Source of the DNA: Chrysochromulina tobinii
Lineage: Eukaryota
Length of the DNA: 49,406 nt
Direction of reading: 5' to 3'
Assembly: GCA_001275005.1 (NCBI GenBank)
Contig: JWZX01003226.1
Span: forward strand, 1-49,406
The first letter of the stretch is position 1. Every line of letters begins with the position of its first letter. The position numbers were made by a program, and so were the translations under genes. This document shows positions 1-10,600 of the stretch, piece after piece. The notes under the pieces are model-generated. The model saw only the letters and a list, made by a program, of their open reading frames with translations, ran no database searches and was not told the DNA's origin.

Positions 1-1795
1 CGGCGGCTGGGCGGCGGCCCGCAGGGGCGCTGCCCACGCCACTCGGGCCCGCGCCGCTGCTTCTGCCGCCGGCCGCGCCCGTGCCGACGCCCTCGGCCGT
101 GGCGGCCGCCTCAGCAGCTTCAAACTCCTCCTGCGCGATCTTCTCGAGCAGCTTCTCGTGGTCCTTACGCGAGCTGAGGTTCGGGGCATCGCCGTCGGCG
201 CGCGCCATCTCGGCGGCCATGCGCCGCTGCATCTTCTTGCGCGTCTCCTCGAGCCACTGGTCGGTCTGCTGCTGGATGGCGCCCTTCTCCTCCTTGCCCA
301 CGAAGCCCTCGAAGACGGCCGCGTCGAGCATCCTCTGCGGCAGCAGCCGCAGCTGGTCCTTTGTGTTGCCTGCGAGCATCTCGCTCACGAGGCCCTGGAT
401 CTGCTGTGGAACTTCCGAAGGCAAGGCTTCCTCGTCGAGCTCGCTCGCCATCTTGCGCTTGCCACCCTCCTTGCCGCCCGCGCTCTCCTTGGTTGCTTTC
501 GCACCCTTATTGGAGCGGTGGAACTTGAGCATCGACGAAGGGTTGGCCACCCGCTCGACGAAGCGAGCCCCAAACTTTTGCGGGTTGAGCGTCGAGAATC
601 CCGTGTAGTCGACCTTGAGCCTAAGCAGCGGATACTTTTGGCGGTTCTCGTCTGCAGCGGTCAGCGGCGTGGTCGGGAACTTGGCGTGCACTTCCGCGAG
701 CATATCCTCCACCTGCTCCGCCAGCAGCTCCGCCAGCCCCTCCTCGCTCTCAAGCTCGCGCTCGTCGGCGTGGCTGGCGAGCACCACCTCACGTAGCACG
801 AACGGGCGCGCCGTCTGGAGCTCGATCGGCTCGAACTTGTAGTTGTCGCCGCACACCTGCAGCAGCGCGACGCACTTCTTGCCCGCCTCCGCGTCCGCGA
901 GCTCCGTCGCCACCGTCGCGCCCGGCTGCAGGACGGCAAACTTGACCCCAGGGTCGACCGGCGCGTCAGCCACGCTGCTGGGCAGCGTGCACTCACGCTC
1001 ATGCCCCCAGAGCACGAGGTCCATACACGAGGGCAGGAGCGCCTCCTTAACGGCACCCGCGGTGCCCGTCGAGGTCTTCGCGCGGTTCTGGTGCAGCGCG
1101 AGTACGTTGAACCACGTCTCCGGATCACTCGACGGCCGCGCTACGTTGAACTCCTTGCGCTCCAGAGCGCGCGTCAGCTGGTCGTTGTTCACGTGGCCCA
1201 TGCCGTAGAGCGCGAGCTTGGTTGTGCCCTTGCGGATGAGCAGCGGCGTGAGTGCGATGTGCGCCGTGTTCGGCACCTTGCCAAAGTAATTGAGCAGGTT
1301 GGCCGACGCGAGCAGGTCGAGCGCTGATAGACCACCCTCGCCGCCAGGGTCATCGTGGTCGCCGTGGATGGCAAACACGGGCAGCTGCACGTTGTAGTTG
1401 GGATCCTCGTAGTTGACCGACTTGTAGTTGCCGTGGAAGGACGCGCCCTGGTCGGACAGGATGTCCAGCGAGACGTCGCCGTTGCCGAGGCAATGGTTGC
1501 GCAGCACCTCGATTGCCGTCTGCATCGCCCGGCGCGAGGGCTTGTTCTCGTGGAAGAGGTTGCCCGTGAGCAGCACCATGTCGGCGCGTTGCTCGACGGC
1601 GATCCGAAAGATCTCCTCAAAGGTGTTCTTTGCGTCGTCCTTGCGGATTGGGTCGCGTTCGTTCAGCCCGAGGTGTGTGTCCGAGGCCAAAAGGATGCGT
1701 ATCACACTGTCGGCAAGGTTTGCCGAAGCGGTGGCCGTCGCAGCCGAACCCGCAGGAGGCTGCTCCGTCTTTGCAGGTGCCTTGGAGGATGGCAT
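1..1795 (-). CDS. MRE11: MRE11 double-strand break repair nuclease homolog; 3' end runs off the window; altered metal-binding motifs
   Basis: Manual translation from ATG at 1795 (absent from the ORF track because it has no stop in the window): IRILLASDTHLG, LLTGNLFHENKPSR, VNYEDPNYNVQLPVFAIHGDHDDP, WFNVLALHQNR, DLVLWGHEREC, QPGATVAT, PLLRLKVDYTGFSTLNPQKFGARFVERVANP, all colinear with eukaryotic MRE11. Confidence 0.95.
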   Translation of the reverse strand, partial: MPSSKAPAKTEQPPAGSAATATASANLADSVIRILLASDTHLGLNERDPIRKDDAKNTFEEIFRIAVEQRADMVLLTGNLFHENKPSRRAMQTAIEVLRNHCLGNGDVSLDILSDQGASFHGNYKSVNYEDPNYNVQLPVFAIHGDHDDPGGEGGLSALDLLASANLLNYFGKVPNTAHIALTPLLIRKGTTKLALYGMGHVNNDQLTRALERKEFNVARPSSDPETWFNVLALHQNRAKTSTGTAGAVKEALLPSCMDLVLWGHERECTLPSSVADAPVDPGVKFAVLQPGATVATELADAEAGKKCVALLQVCGDNYKFEPIELQTARPFVLREVVLASHADERELESEEGLAELLAEQVEDMLAEVHAKFPTTPLTAADENRQKYPLLRLKVDYTGFSTLNPQKFGARFVERVANPSSMLKFHRSNKGAKATKESAGGKEGGKRKMASELDEEALPSEVPQQIQGLVSEMLAGNTKDQLRLLPQRMLDAAVFEGFVGKEEKGAIQQQTDQWLEETRKKMQRRMAAEMARADGDAPNLSSRKDHEKLLEKIAQEEFEAAEAAATAEGVGTGAAGGRSSGAGPSGVGSAPAGRRPAA

Positions 1796-2151
1796 GTCGG
1801 CGGAGCTGCTCTCGTCGCGCGCGCACCGCCCACCCGAAGTGCGGCCCGCGCGTTGTGAATGGCAAACAAGTTTCGTCTGAAGGCCGAAGCGGATCCCAGT
1901 GTACGTTCGACATAGTCTTTTGCACGGCTACGTGTCGTCGCGTGTCCTCGCGGGGTCGCGGCCACACCCGCACACCGCCCGTGGTCCCCGCGCTCAAACC
2001 AGCCGCCGTCTCAGTTTCCCGGATTCCCACTCCGCTCCGCACACTCGTCCAGACCACAAAGGACGGCGCTCCGCGGTCAACACTGCGCTACATTCACAGG
2101 TCGTACCTCAACGTTAAGGTATGCTCGCCGAGAGAGGGCTAGACCGCTCGC

Positions 2152-4785
2152 TCATTGCTCATCATCGCGCTCGACGCTGGGCGCACGATCGCACTGCTCG
2201 AGCCCGACGAGGTCGAACACCGCGCCGGTTTGACGGCGGTACTTGCCGTGCGCGTGCACGATGCCGCTCACGTCGTAGTTCTCGACGCTGTCGCAGCTGA
2301 CCTCGCCGAGCCCGGCGACGCCATACGTCATGTTGGCAGCGCGGTGCACTATCAAGAGCACGAGGTCGTTGGGCCGGTAGCAGTTGACGATGCGCCCTGC
2401 CACCACGAGGCGCAGCCCTTTCCACACCTCCGGATCGGCCGTTGCAGGCAGCCCCATGAGCACCACGTGCTGGATGACGCCGGCAGCGCGCACGTCGCCT
2501 CGCTTGAGGGCCTCGGCAAGCACGAGGAGGCAATCGAAGATGACACGCGCACCGAGCCCGAAGCCGCTCAGGATGACCGGCCTCTTGCCATGAGTGCGCT
2601 CGAGCAGCACGTGCGCGAGCAGCGCGCCCGCCTTTTGCGCGCGCTTGAAGCCGATGGCCCAAGGGTTGTCGATCACGTCGCACGCTTTGACGAGGTAGGC
2701 GGGCATGGCGACTGCGGCCATCAGCGACGCGAGGAACGTGTAATGGAGAGCAGCCGACGCACCTGTACTCACTGCCATGCCTTTCCAGTCAATGTGGCCG
2801 AGCGCGTTGCCGAGCACGCGTAGCTCTTTACTCTCCCAGAGCAGCACGTGGTGCTCCGCGTGCGGCAGACACTCGAGCGCGCTGCGCCCTGGCGCCTCGT
2901 CGATCTGTACGAAGCTCGTCACGCCCAGCCCGTTTTCGGCCTCGCCCTGCTGCTGCCCTCCCGCGCCCTGCTCGGCCGCGCGACTCGCCGAGGATGCGGC
3001 GGCGGCTGCCTCCGGTGTGGCCGCGGCGGCCACCACGCCATCCATGACTGCAAAGGGGAGCGGCGGCGGTGTTGGCGGATCGAGCTGCCTGCTCGCCATC
3101 TTCGCGCCGAGGGACATGCGGCGTAGCGCCGCTACCTCGCCCCCTTGGACCGGCTCTCCTGTTGAAGTCAGGGAGGGCTTGAAGCCGTTGCCAAGCAGCT
3201 CCTCAACGATCTCCTCGAGGCGCACGTGGCGCGGCGCCGCTTCGCGCGCGGCATGCTGTGGGAAGCCCATCTCGACGAGCGCCGAGATGAGCTCCTGCTG
3301 CCGGCGAGCCTCGAGCTCCGCCGCACTCGCCCGAATCTCGTGCGCAGCGAGGGCGGCCGGGGTGGGCGGCAGCGCTGGCATGGGCTCCGGCCACGAAGGG
3401 CGCGGGGGGAACCCACTCGCCACCGGCGCACCCGCGGCGCCCGCGGCGCCCTTGCCCTCCTTGCCTTCCTTGCCTTCCTTGGCTTCAGAGGGAACCTCGG
3501 CCACGTCACCCCACCAGTGCTGCTGTGGGGTGTCCGTGTCGCCCGCGAGCCACCCCGACACACACACGACGACCACGAGGCCGTCGGTGCCGTCGAAGGC
3601 GGCCTCAGCGGCCTCATCCACGTCCTTGCCGCCCTCGGGATCGCCCTTGGCATCGACGAGCGCGCTTGCTGAGGACGCGCGGCCCACCATCTGGCTTTCC
3701 TCGCTCATGCGCTTAGCGTGCCGCTCGGCGGCGGAGGGCGGCTGCGCAAACTCAAACTCCTGCACGTCGCCGAGGCGTCGGTTGAGCTTGAGCGAGGCGA
3801 GCCCGGCGCCAGTTGCGCCGAAGAGCGTGGTCACCACCGTCACACCGATGGACCCCTGTAGCACGGCGGTGATGCCAACGATCGAGGCGCCCACAGCGGT
3901 CGTCAGCGTGCCCGAACCGACCAGGCCGGCCGCACCGACCGCGCCCCCGATGCCCGCGATGCCCGTGCCAACTGCGCCGAGGCCTGCGAGCACCGCAGGC
4001 GCCGCGAGGCCCGCGGTCAAGCCTATTGCGAGGCCGGACGCGACCCCGATGCCTGCCACCGCCGCGCGCCTGCGCCACTTGGCCGAAATGTACGGCTTCT
4101 TGCCCGGCACGCAGGCCGCGCTGCCGGCCGCGCCGGCGGGGGCGCGGCGCTCCATCTCGGCGCTCTCTTGCAGTGCGGCCAGGCTCGCCGCCTGCGCGCG
4201 CATCGAGTCGGCGAGCTGCCGCTCCATCTCCGCCATCTTCTGCCACGGCACGCCGAGCGTATTGGCCAGCTCGACGAGGAGCTGGCGCGAGCGCGCGTCG
4301 TAGCCCTCCGTCTGCGCATCCTCGGAAAGGATGGTGACTGCGAGAAGCGCGAGCAGCAGCGCCGCGCGCTCCTCCTCCTCCGCAGGCAGCAGGCTGATGA
4401 GCGCCCGTTTCGCATCTTCTTTCGCGGTCGCATTGTGCTCGTAGATGGGCAGGAGCGCCTCCAAATGCTCGACGGGCAGCTTGAGCGCCGAAAGCGCGAT
4501 TTTCCGCAAACAGCCACGGCAGAAGGCGTCGCCCCAGTTGGAGCCCTTGGAGCCGAGCAGCGCGGCTATCAGGCCGCCCAGCGCAAACTGGTGCTCGTGC
4601 GGCAGGCGAGAGAGCAGCTCAGAGGCGGCTTGGCTCGCCGAGGGCGGCTTCTGCGGCTGGGACGTCCCGCTGGCCCCGCCGCATGGCTGCGCCTCCCACT
4701 GCGGCGGGGCTTGCGGAGATGCTGCAAAACCGCGAAGCAAATGCATGTGGCACCTCAAGCGCAAATCAACTAGGCACGCAAACAC
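2152..4785 (-). CDS. TMCO4/Mil1-like DUF726 alpha/beta-hydrolase-fold membrane protein with a UBA-like insertion
   Basis: GYDARSRQLL, Gly/Ala-rich hydrophobic segment IGLTAGLAAP...LFGATGAGL, RRLGDVQEFEF, VCVSGWL, WESKEL, VIDNPW, GKRPVILSGFGLGARVIFDCL, VVAGRIVNCY. Exact start uncertain. Confidence 0.85.
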   Translation of the reverse strand: MFACLVDLRLRCHMHLLRGFAASPQAPPQWEAQPCGGASGTSQPQKPPSASQAASELLSRLPHEHQFALGGLIAALLGSKGSNWGDAFCRGCLRKIALSALKLPVEHLEALLPIYEHNATAKEDAKRALISLLPAEEEERAALLLALLAVTILSEDAQTEGYDARSRQLLVELANTLGVPWQKMAEMERQLADSMRAQAASLAALQESAEMERRAPAGAAGSAACVPGKKPYISAKWRRRAAVAGIGVASGLAIGLTAGLAAPAVLAGLGAVGTGIAGIGGAVGAAGLVGSGTLTTAVGASIVGITAVLQGSIGVTVVTTLFGATGAGLASLKLNRRLGDVQEFEFAQPPSAAERHAKRMSEESQMVGRASSASALVDAKGDPEGGKDVDEAAEAAFDGTDGLVVVVCVSGWLAGDTDTPQQHWWGDVAEVPSEAKEGKEGKEGKGAAGAAGAPVASGFPPRPSWPEPMPALPPTPAALAAHEIRASAAELEARRQQELISALVEMGFPQHAAREAAPRHVRLEEIVEELLGNGFKPSLTSTGEPVQGGEVAALRRMSLGAKMASRQLDPPTPPPLPFAVMDGVVAAAATPEAAAAASSASRAAEQGAGGQQQGEAENGLGVTSFVQIDEAPGRSALECLPHAEHHVLLWESKELRVLGNALGHIDWKGMAVSTGASAALHYTFLASLMAAVAMPAYLVKACDVIDNPWAIGFKRAQKAGALLAHVLLERTHGKRPVILSGFGLGARVIFDCLLVLAEALKRGDVRAAGVIQHVVLMGLPATADPEVWKGLRLVVAGRIVNCYRPNDLVLLIVHRAANMTYGVAGLGEVSCDSVENYDVSGIVHAHGKYRRQTGAVFDLVGLEQCDRAPSVERDDEQ

Positions 4786-4889
4786 TCATGATAGGTTCGG
4801 AGGAAAGTCATTACGACGTGCGAAGTTCGCGGACCACCATAGCGCCCCCGCGCCACGGTGGGCGCGCGCATGCATTTGATGGGGAAAGG

Positions 4890-6650
4890 GGGGAACGGGG
4901 AGTGTGCTTTTTCTATGTCCACGTGCCTTGGCCGACACCGCCCGGGCACATGAGGAAGGAAGAGGTCGCCCGGGCGCCGCTTTCGTCCGGCTGCACACGC
5001 TGTCCGTTCCGCGTCCAACTCGATCCGAACCCTTGCGGCATCATCCTTGGCCGCGTCGCGCTCGGCGCGGACGGCTTCCACTCCCAGCGAGGCCGCGACG
5101 GTGGCGGCGGCGGCTGTGGCCTGTCTGCGGCAGCCGCTCGGTCGTTGGCGGCTAGAAGTCATTCTTGTGACGGTCCGCGTGGCCTTCTCGACCGCCACCA
5201 CCTTGCACCGCAGCCACCTAAAATGGGAGGCTCCCCACTTCCGCTTCCCACGGCGCGAGGTCTGAGACATGCCGGGGCTTCCGGAACCCACCGGAGCATC
5301 ACCGGAGTACCGACCTTGAGCTGCCTAAGCACGCGCTCCGACCCCGAGACGTCACGGTGTGCGCCCTCCTTGCCTTGTGCATGACGCATGGCGATGGACG
5401 CACTCGCGCGCCCGGTACCCCCGCGCTTCGCTCCGCGTCCCCGCTCTACTTCGCCTTCGGACGGGCGGACATGCTGGGCAGATCCTCGCCATCGCTGGCC
5501 CAAGGCGTCTCGGACAGCTCGGTGTTCCAGGCCGAGAGGGCCGTCGCCAGGTGTTCGTGGAGGCCCAGGCGGCCGGCTCTCTCGACGAGGGCCCTCGCGT
5601 CCTGGTACTTGCAGTACATGATGTTCTTGAACTGGCGGACGATCGCGTCGGAGGTGCTCCCGATGGTGCACAACTTGAATCTTCGCCTTGTGGCGATGGA
5701 CGCACCGAAGATCAACCTGAACGTGGCCGTCGGGAGCGCAGCGAATGAATCTGTGTTATCGTAGTACCCGTTGACGATATCGCGTGCTTGTTTGTGCTTC
5801 GCCGCATGCAGTGGCTGCTTGCCAAGCGCTTTCTTCACGTGAGTGTAGAATGTGGTCTTTCTCGAGGACGAGATTTCAAGGGCGATGAGACTGCTGATGC
5901 CCGCGAAGATCTGTGTGTTGTACGGAAGTGTTCCGTGGCGACTGGACAGCGCCTTCAACCCCATCACGAGTTCCGGGATGCGCTGAAAGTGCTGTGGTGC
6001 AACAAGCACTTAGGAGCGCCGCCGCGCTCGTCACCTCGTTTCTGATGTCGCTGGCGACTAGAACAGTATGATATGTCGACGTTGCCAGGCACCCTTGCTT
6101 CTTGTTGAGGAGGTCCGTGAGCTGCCTGCTTGCCGTCATGCCGACGTTGAGGAAGATGAGCTGGAAGTTGGCCTTGAGGAGGTAATCGATGACCTTCATG
6201 TTCAATCTAAAGCCGTCAGCGCGGATCTTCAGGGTCTTCCCCCCAGTTGGATGTCGGAGGTGATGACGTCGGACAGCGGGTAGGCTGACCCTTCGAGGGC
6301 GGCTGTCAAGACCTGTGGAGGCAAAGGGTCAGGATGTGAGTGTTGTAGGTGACGGGGAAGAAGGGCATGGGCTCAATCATATGGTGCCCAACTTCTTCGC
6401 CTTGTAGGCGGCCGTCGCCACCGACCCGTCACCACCGACGACATCCCCGATGCATTCGCCGCCGCCGCCGCCGCCGCCGCCCTCAAACCCGCCGCCTCCG
6501 CCACCTCCGATGACCTTGTCGCCGCCGCCGCCGCCACCCTCGCCGCCGCCGCCGACGACATCGCCGCCCTCTTCGCCACCGCCGCCTCCTCGACCACCGC
6601 CGGTCCGCCGCCACCTCCGTCATCTTCCCCGTTGCCTTCGCCGCCATGGC
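4890..6650 (-). pseudogene. Degenerate, frameshifted spliced gene of unknown family
   Basis: Protein-like segments in different minus frames (4770-5291, 5159-5450, 5446-6009, 5876-6205 and upstream VLTAALEGSAYPLSDVI). A 43-nt GT-AG intron (5992-6034) joins SDIRNE to HFQRIPEL; a second intron-like segment (~6315-6392) has a CTGAC branch point and CACAG acceptor. Other joins need frameshifts. Confidence 0.35.
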
Positions 6651-7632
6651 CGCCGCCTCCTCCGCCTCGTGTTCACATGAGCAGCGCCTCGTGGCACAGT
6701 CCGGGGATTTGTCACCAACTAAATTTCACAGATGGTTTTTTACATATTCATACCACATTTGGAAATTGCGACGGGCGAGCGGCTGGAATGCAAAAGTCGC
6801 AAAGGCCGTCGCCCTCGTGCCGCTTCTCGGCCGAGATATCCGGCTTTCGCGTCGGCACAGACCGCGCCTCCGCCACCACATTCAGCACCTTGGACGCTGC
6901 GCAGCACGCATGCCTCGAGCTGGGCGCCGAGTGCGGCGGCGTCACCAGCTCAAAGCACGACACCTTTGAGGCGCGCAAGGGCAGCGAGCCGACGCCCTCG
7001 CCGACTGGCGCCGGCGCGTGGATGAAGCTGTGCGACGGCGGCACGTGCGAGCTTGAAGACGGTGTATGGTATTGGGGCGCTCACCTTCGCACGGTGCCAC
7101 ATTTGGCTGACGCCTCGAGCTGCTGCGACATGTGCATCGCATCGCCTGCATGTGTCTCGTTCAATTATGAACAATCGGGCGGCGGCAACGAGAAGTCGTG
7201 TGCGCTGTTCGCCTCGCGCACGGAGCGACACGCAGACGCTGGCTTTACTGCGGGCACCGTCCTGCGCAGCCCGAGCCCACCACCTCCGTCGCCGCCGCTC
7301 CCGCCGGCGCCACCGTGGCGGCCGCCCTCGCCGCCACCGACGCCGTCACCGCCGCCGCCCTCGCCGCTGCCGCCACCGCCCTCGCCGCCGCCACCGCCGC
7401 CACCGCCAACGCCGCCACCGCCGTGCCCGCCTTCTCCCTCGCCGCCGCCGCCGCCGCAGCTTGCGCTCCAGCCGGGCAAGCCGATGTTGTTGCAGGCCTC
7501 GTGCTCGTCACTCACCGTGCAGTGGGCGGAGGCAGCGCTGCCCTCGCGCGTGCTCGAGTACGTCGTCACGTACGGCCCCACGGAGGAGCGGAGCGGTGCG
7601 CGAGCCACCGTGCGCGTGGATCCGACCAAACG

Positions 7633-7663
<31 letters not shown>

Positions 7664-10600
7664 AATGGCGGCCGCAACGGAGCGGGTACTGGCGGCGGCA
7701 GCGATGGTGCTGGCACTAGCGACGCCGGCGCGCTCACCAACCGCGTGGAGCTCATCGGCCTGCACGCGGGCGCCAACTACACGATCAGCGTGCGCGCGCG
7801 CACGGCCGAAGGATCTGGCCCAGTCTCGGAGCTGCTGCTCGCACGCACGATGCGACCGGCTGACTTTCCGATGCCCTTGCCGCCGCCGACGGCCGTGCAG
7901 TCGGAGGGCTGTACGGCGCTCCGGCTGCAGCTGCCCGTGCTCTGTTCGTGCGCGCCCGAGCCGCGCACCACATGGGACCTCGAGCTGGCGCGCGACGGCT
8001 CCGATGACTGGCGTGTGCTCGTCGCCGACACGGCAGGCGGCAGAGTCTCGGCGTTTGGACTCGATCCTTACGGCTCGGTACGCTTCCGGCTGAGTGCGCG
8101 CACGCCCGTGCCGTCGCGCCCGGAGCCGCGCGTTGTGCTGGGCGATGCATCGCCACCAATGCTCGCCGGCCTCGGTGCGGCGGCGCTGCTCCGCCCGCCA
8201 GTCGCCTCGGTCACCTCCTCGGCCTCGATCGAGCTCTCTTGGAGCGGCGCCTTTGACAGTTGCCGCACGCTCACGAGGTGGCAGATCCAGTACACGCGCT
8301 CGCAGGTGAGCGAGGGCGCAGGCGAGGCCGAGCCGGGCGGTGCCTCCGCTTGGGGTGCTCGCCATCTCGTTTTGGGAGGGCTTCGTGCGCCCCCCTCGCC
8401 CCCCTCGCCCCCCTCGCCCTTCCCGACCTTGCCGCTGCCGCCGCCTTCACCGCCGACCCCGCCTTCACCACCGCCGCCTTCACCGCCGCCGCCTCCGCCG
8501 CCGCCGCCTCGACTCGAGACGCCGCCGATTTCGTCACTCGAGACGACGCCGATTTCGTCACCCGAGACGCCGATTTCGTCACCCGAGACACCGATTTCGT
8601 CACCCGAGACGCCGATTTCGTCACTCGAGACGCCGCCGATTTCGTCACCCGAGACGACGCCGATTTCGTCACCCGAGACGCCGCCGATTTCGTCACCCGA
8701 GACGCCGCCGATTTCGTCACCCGAGACGACGCCGATTTCGTCACCCGAGACGACGCCGATTTCGTCACCCGAGACGACGCCGATTTCGTCACCCGAGACG
8801 CGACGACTCACAGACGCCGTCGCGAGCACGTGCTCGGGCGTCCTCTCTGCCGATGGCGCCGCGTGTTGCGCGAGCATGTGTGGCAGGTGCGGCGGGGCGG
8901 GCTGTTCGGCACGGCCCGGCGGCGCCGCGCGCTGCTGCCCCGGCTGGAAGGAGTTTGATGGGCTCGCTGGCCTCTGCGCAGTCACGGGCGGCGCGGCGCC
9001 TTGTTTGACCGACGACCTCGGCGCGGTCAGCTGTGCTCATGGGTTCACACGCGTCGGTGACGAGTGCCTACGCGCATTTAGTGAAGCGATCTCCCACGGG
9101 CGAGCTAGCGAGCAGTGCCGACGTCGCTGGGCCGCTGAGCTAGTGAGTCTGCGCAACGTCGCGACACAGGCGGCCGCGCTGCGCTTGTGTGACGCGGCCA
9201 TCGCCCCAATCAGCGCCGCGGCAAGCGGGCCGGCCGGCGCGGCTTCGGCGGCCTCGGGCTGCTGGGCTGGGGCGAGCACCCGCAGCTGCTCGAGCAGTTA
9301 CGGCGAGCGGCACAAGGGCGACCCTATCAAGGAGGTGAACGCTGTGGACGCCGTCGAGTGCTGCGGCCGGTGCGCAGCCGAACCCGGCTGCCTCCACTAC
9401 ACCTTCGGGTCAGGTGCGCCACGTAGCACGTGCGAGCTCTATGCAGCGGTGGACGGTAAGCTACCGGCCGCGGACGACGTCGTGGCGGGCACCCTGCTAG
9501 GCGGACCGTGGGCATGGGCTGACGGCGGATTGCTGCAGCATGAGGAACATCGCGCCTGGGCACCTGCGCAGCCTGACGGTGCCGATAGCAGCGGCAACCG
9601 CATCATTGGCGTTTCGTGCCTTGAGTTGCTCTCGAGCCGTGGCGTGGACGCAATGGCGCGTGGCAAGTGGGCGGATGCACCGTGCGTGCAGCCCAAGCCG
9701 TTTGTGTGTGCGCGGCCAGCGGACTTAGCCATTCCCTCGCCTGCGCCGCCGCCCTCGCCCTCACCGCCGCCCAGCCCGCCGCATCCGCCGCCAAGTCCCC
9801 AGCCCAAGCCCCCACCCTCGCCGCTACCGCTCCCACCGCCGCGCAAGCCGCCGCCACCACCGCAGCATCCCCATCCGCACCCAGCCCCCATCCCTTCGCC
9901 CTCGCCCTCGCCGCCGCGCCCTCTGCGGCCGCCGCCGCCCCCGCTGGTGCTGCCGCCCTCGCCGCCCCCTCCGACAGTCCCATGCTCCTCGCCTCATGAG
10001 AGCGATACGCGGGTCGAGCGCTGTGCCGATCGCTGCCACATCGAGACCCTCGCGACCGACTGCGGCTGGTGTGAGTGCAAGGCGTGCGACTTTTGTCGCC
10101 GCTTCGCCGCGGACGCACACGCGGTATGGCGCTCGCTACCGTTTGACGGCGCAGACGACGCGGGCGCTGTCGCGGACGGCGCCTTCGCCTCATCGTCTGC
10201 GAGTCAGCGCCTGGCCGCGGCGGCCGTGCCCCCTTCGAGCGTGCGTACTCTCTCGCCCACAGAGCTCGAGCTCGCGGCCTTTCGCTGCCCGCCGCCCGCT
10301 GGCTGCCGCTTCCGCTTCCGGCCACTGAACGTGCACGGCTGGCACGACTGGTCGCTCAGCAGTGACAGGGCCACAACAGACCGGCTGCCCTCGCCGCCGG
10401 CGCACGCGCTGCGACTGGAGATGCGTCTCCTCGCGCCGTTCACACGAGAGCGCTCACTGCTCGAGGAGGTCCTCCTGCGCGACCTCGCCAAAGCGCTTCG
10501 CATCCCGCGAGCCTCCATCCGGCTCGTCGAGCTGCGTCTGGCCGCCGAGTACGCGACTGTTGATCTCCTTGAGCCAGGAGCCTACACCGCGGCAAGCCGC

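Noticed and set aside
8513..8800. CRISPR-like array
   Set aside because: Units are contiguous with no unique spacers, lie in frame within a eukaryotic CDS, and no cas genes are present.
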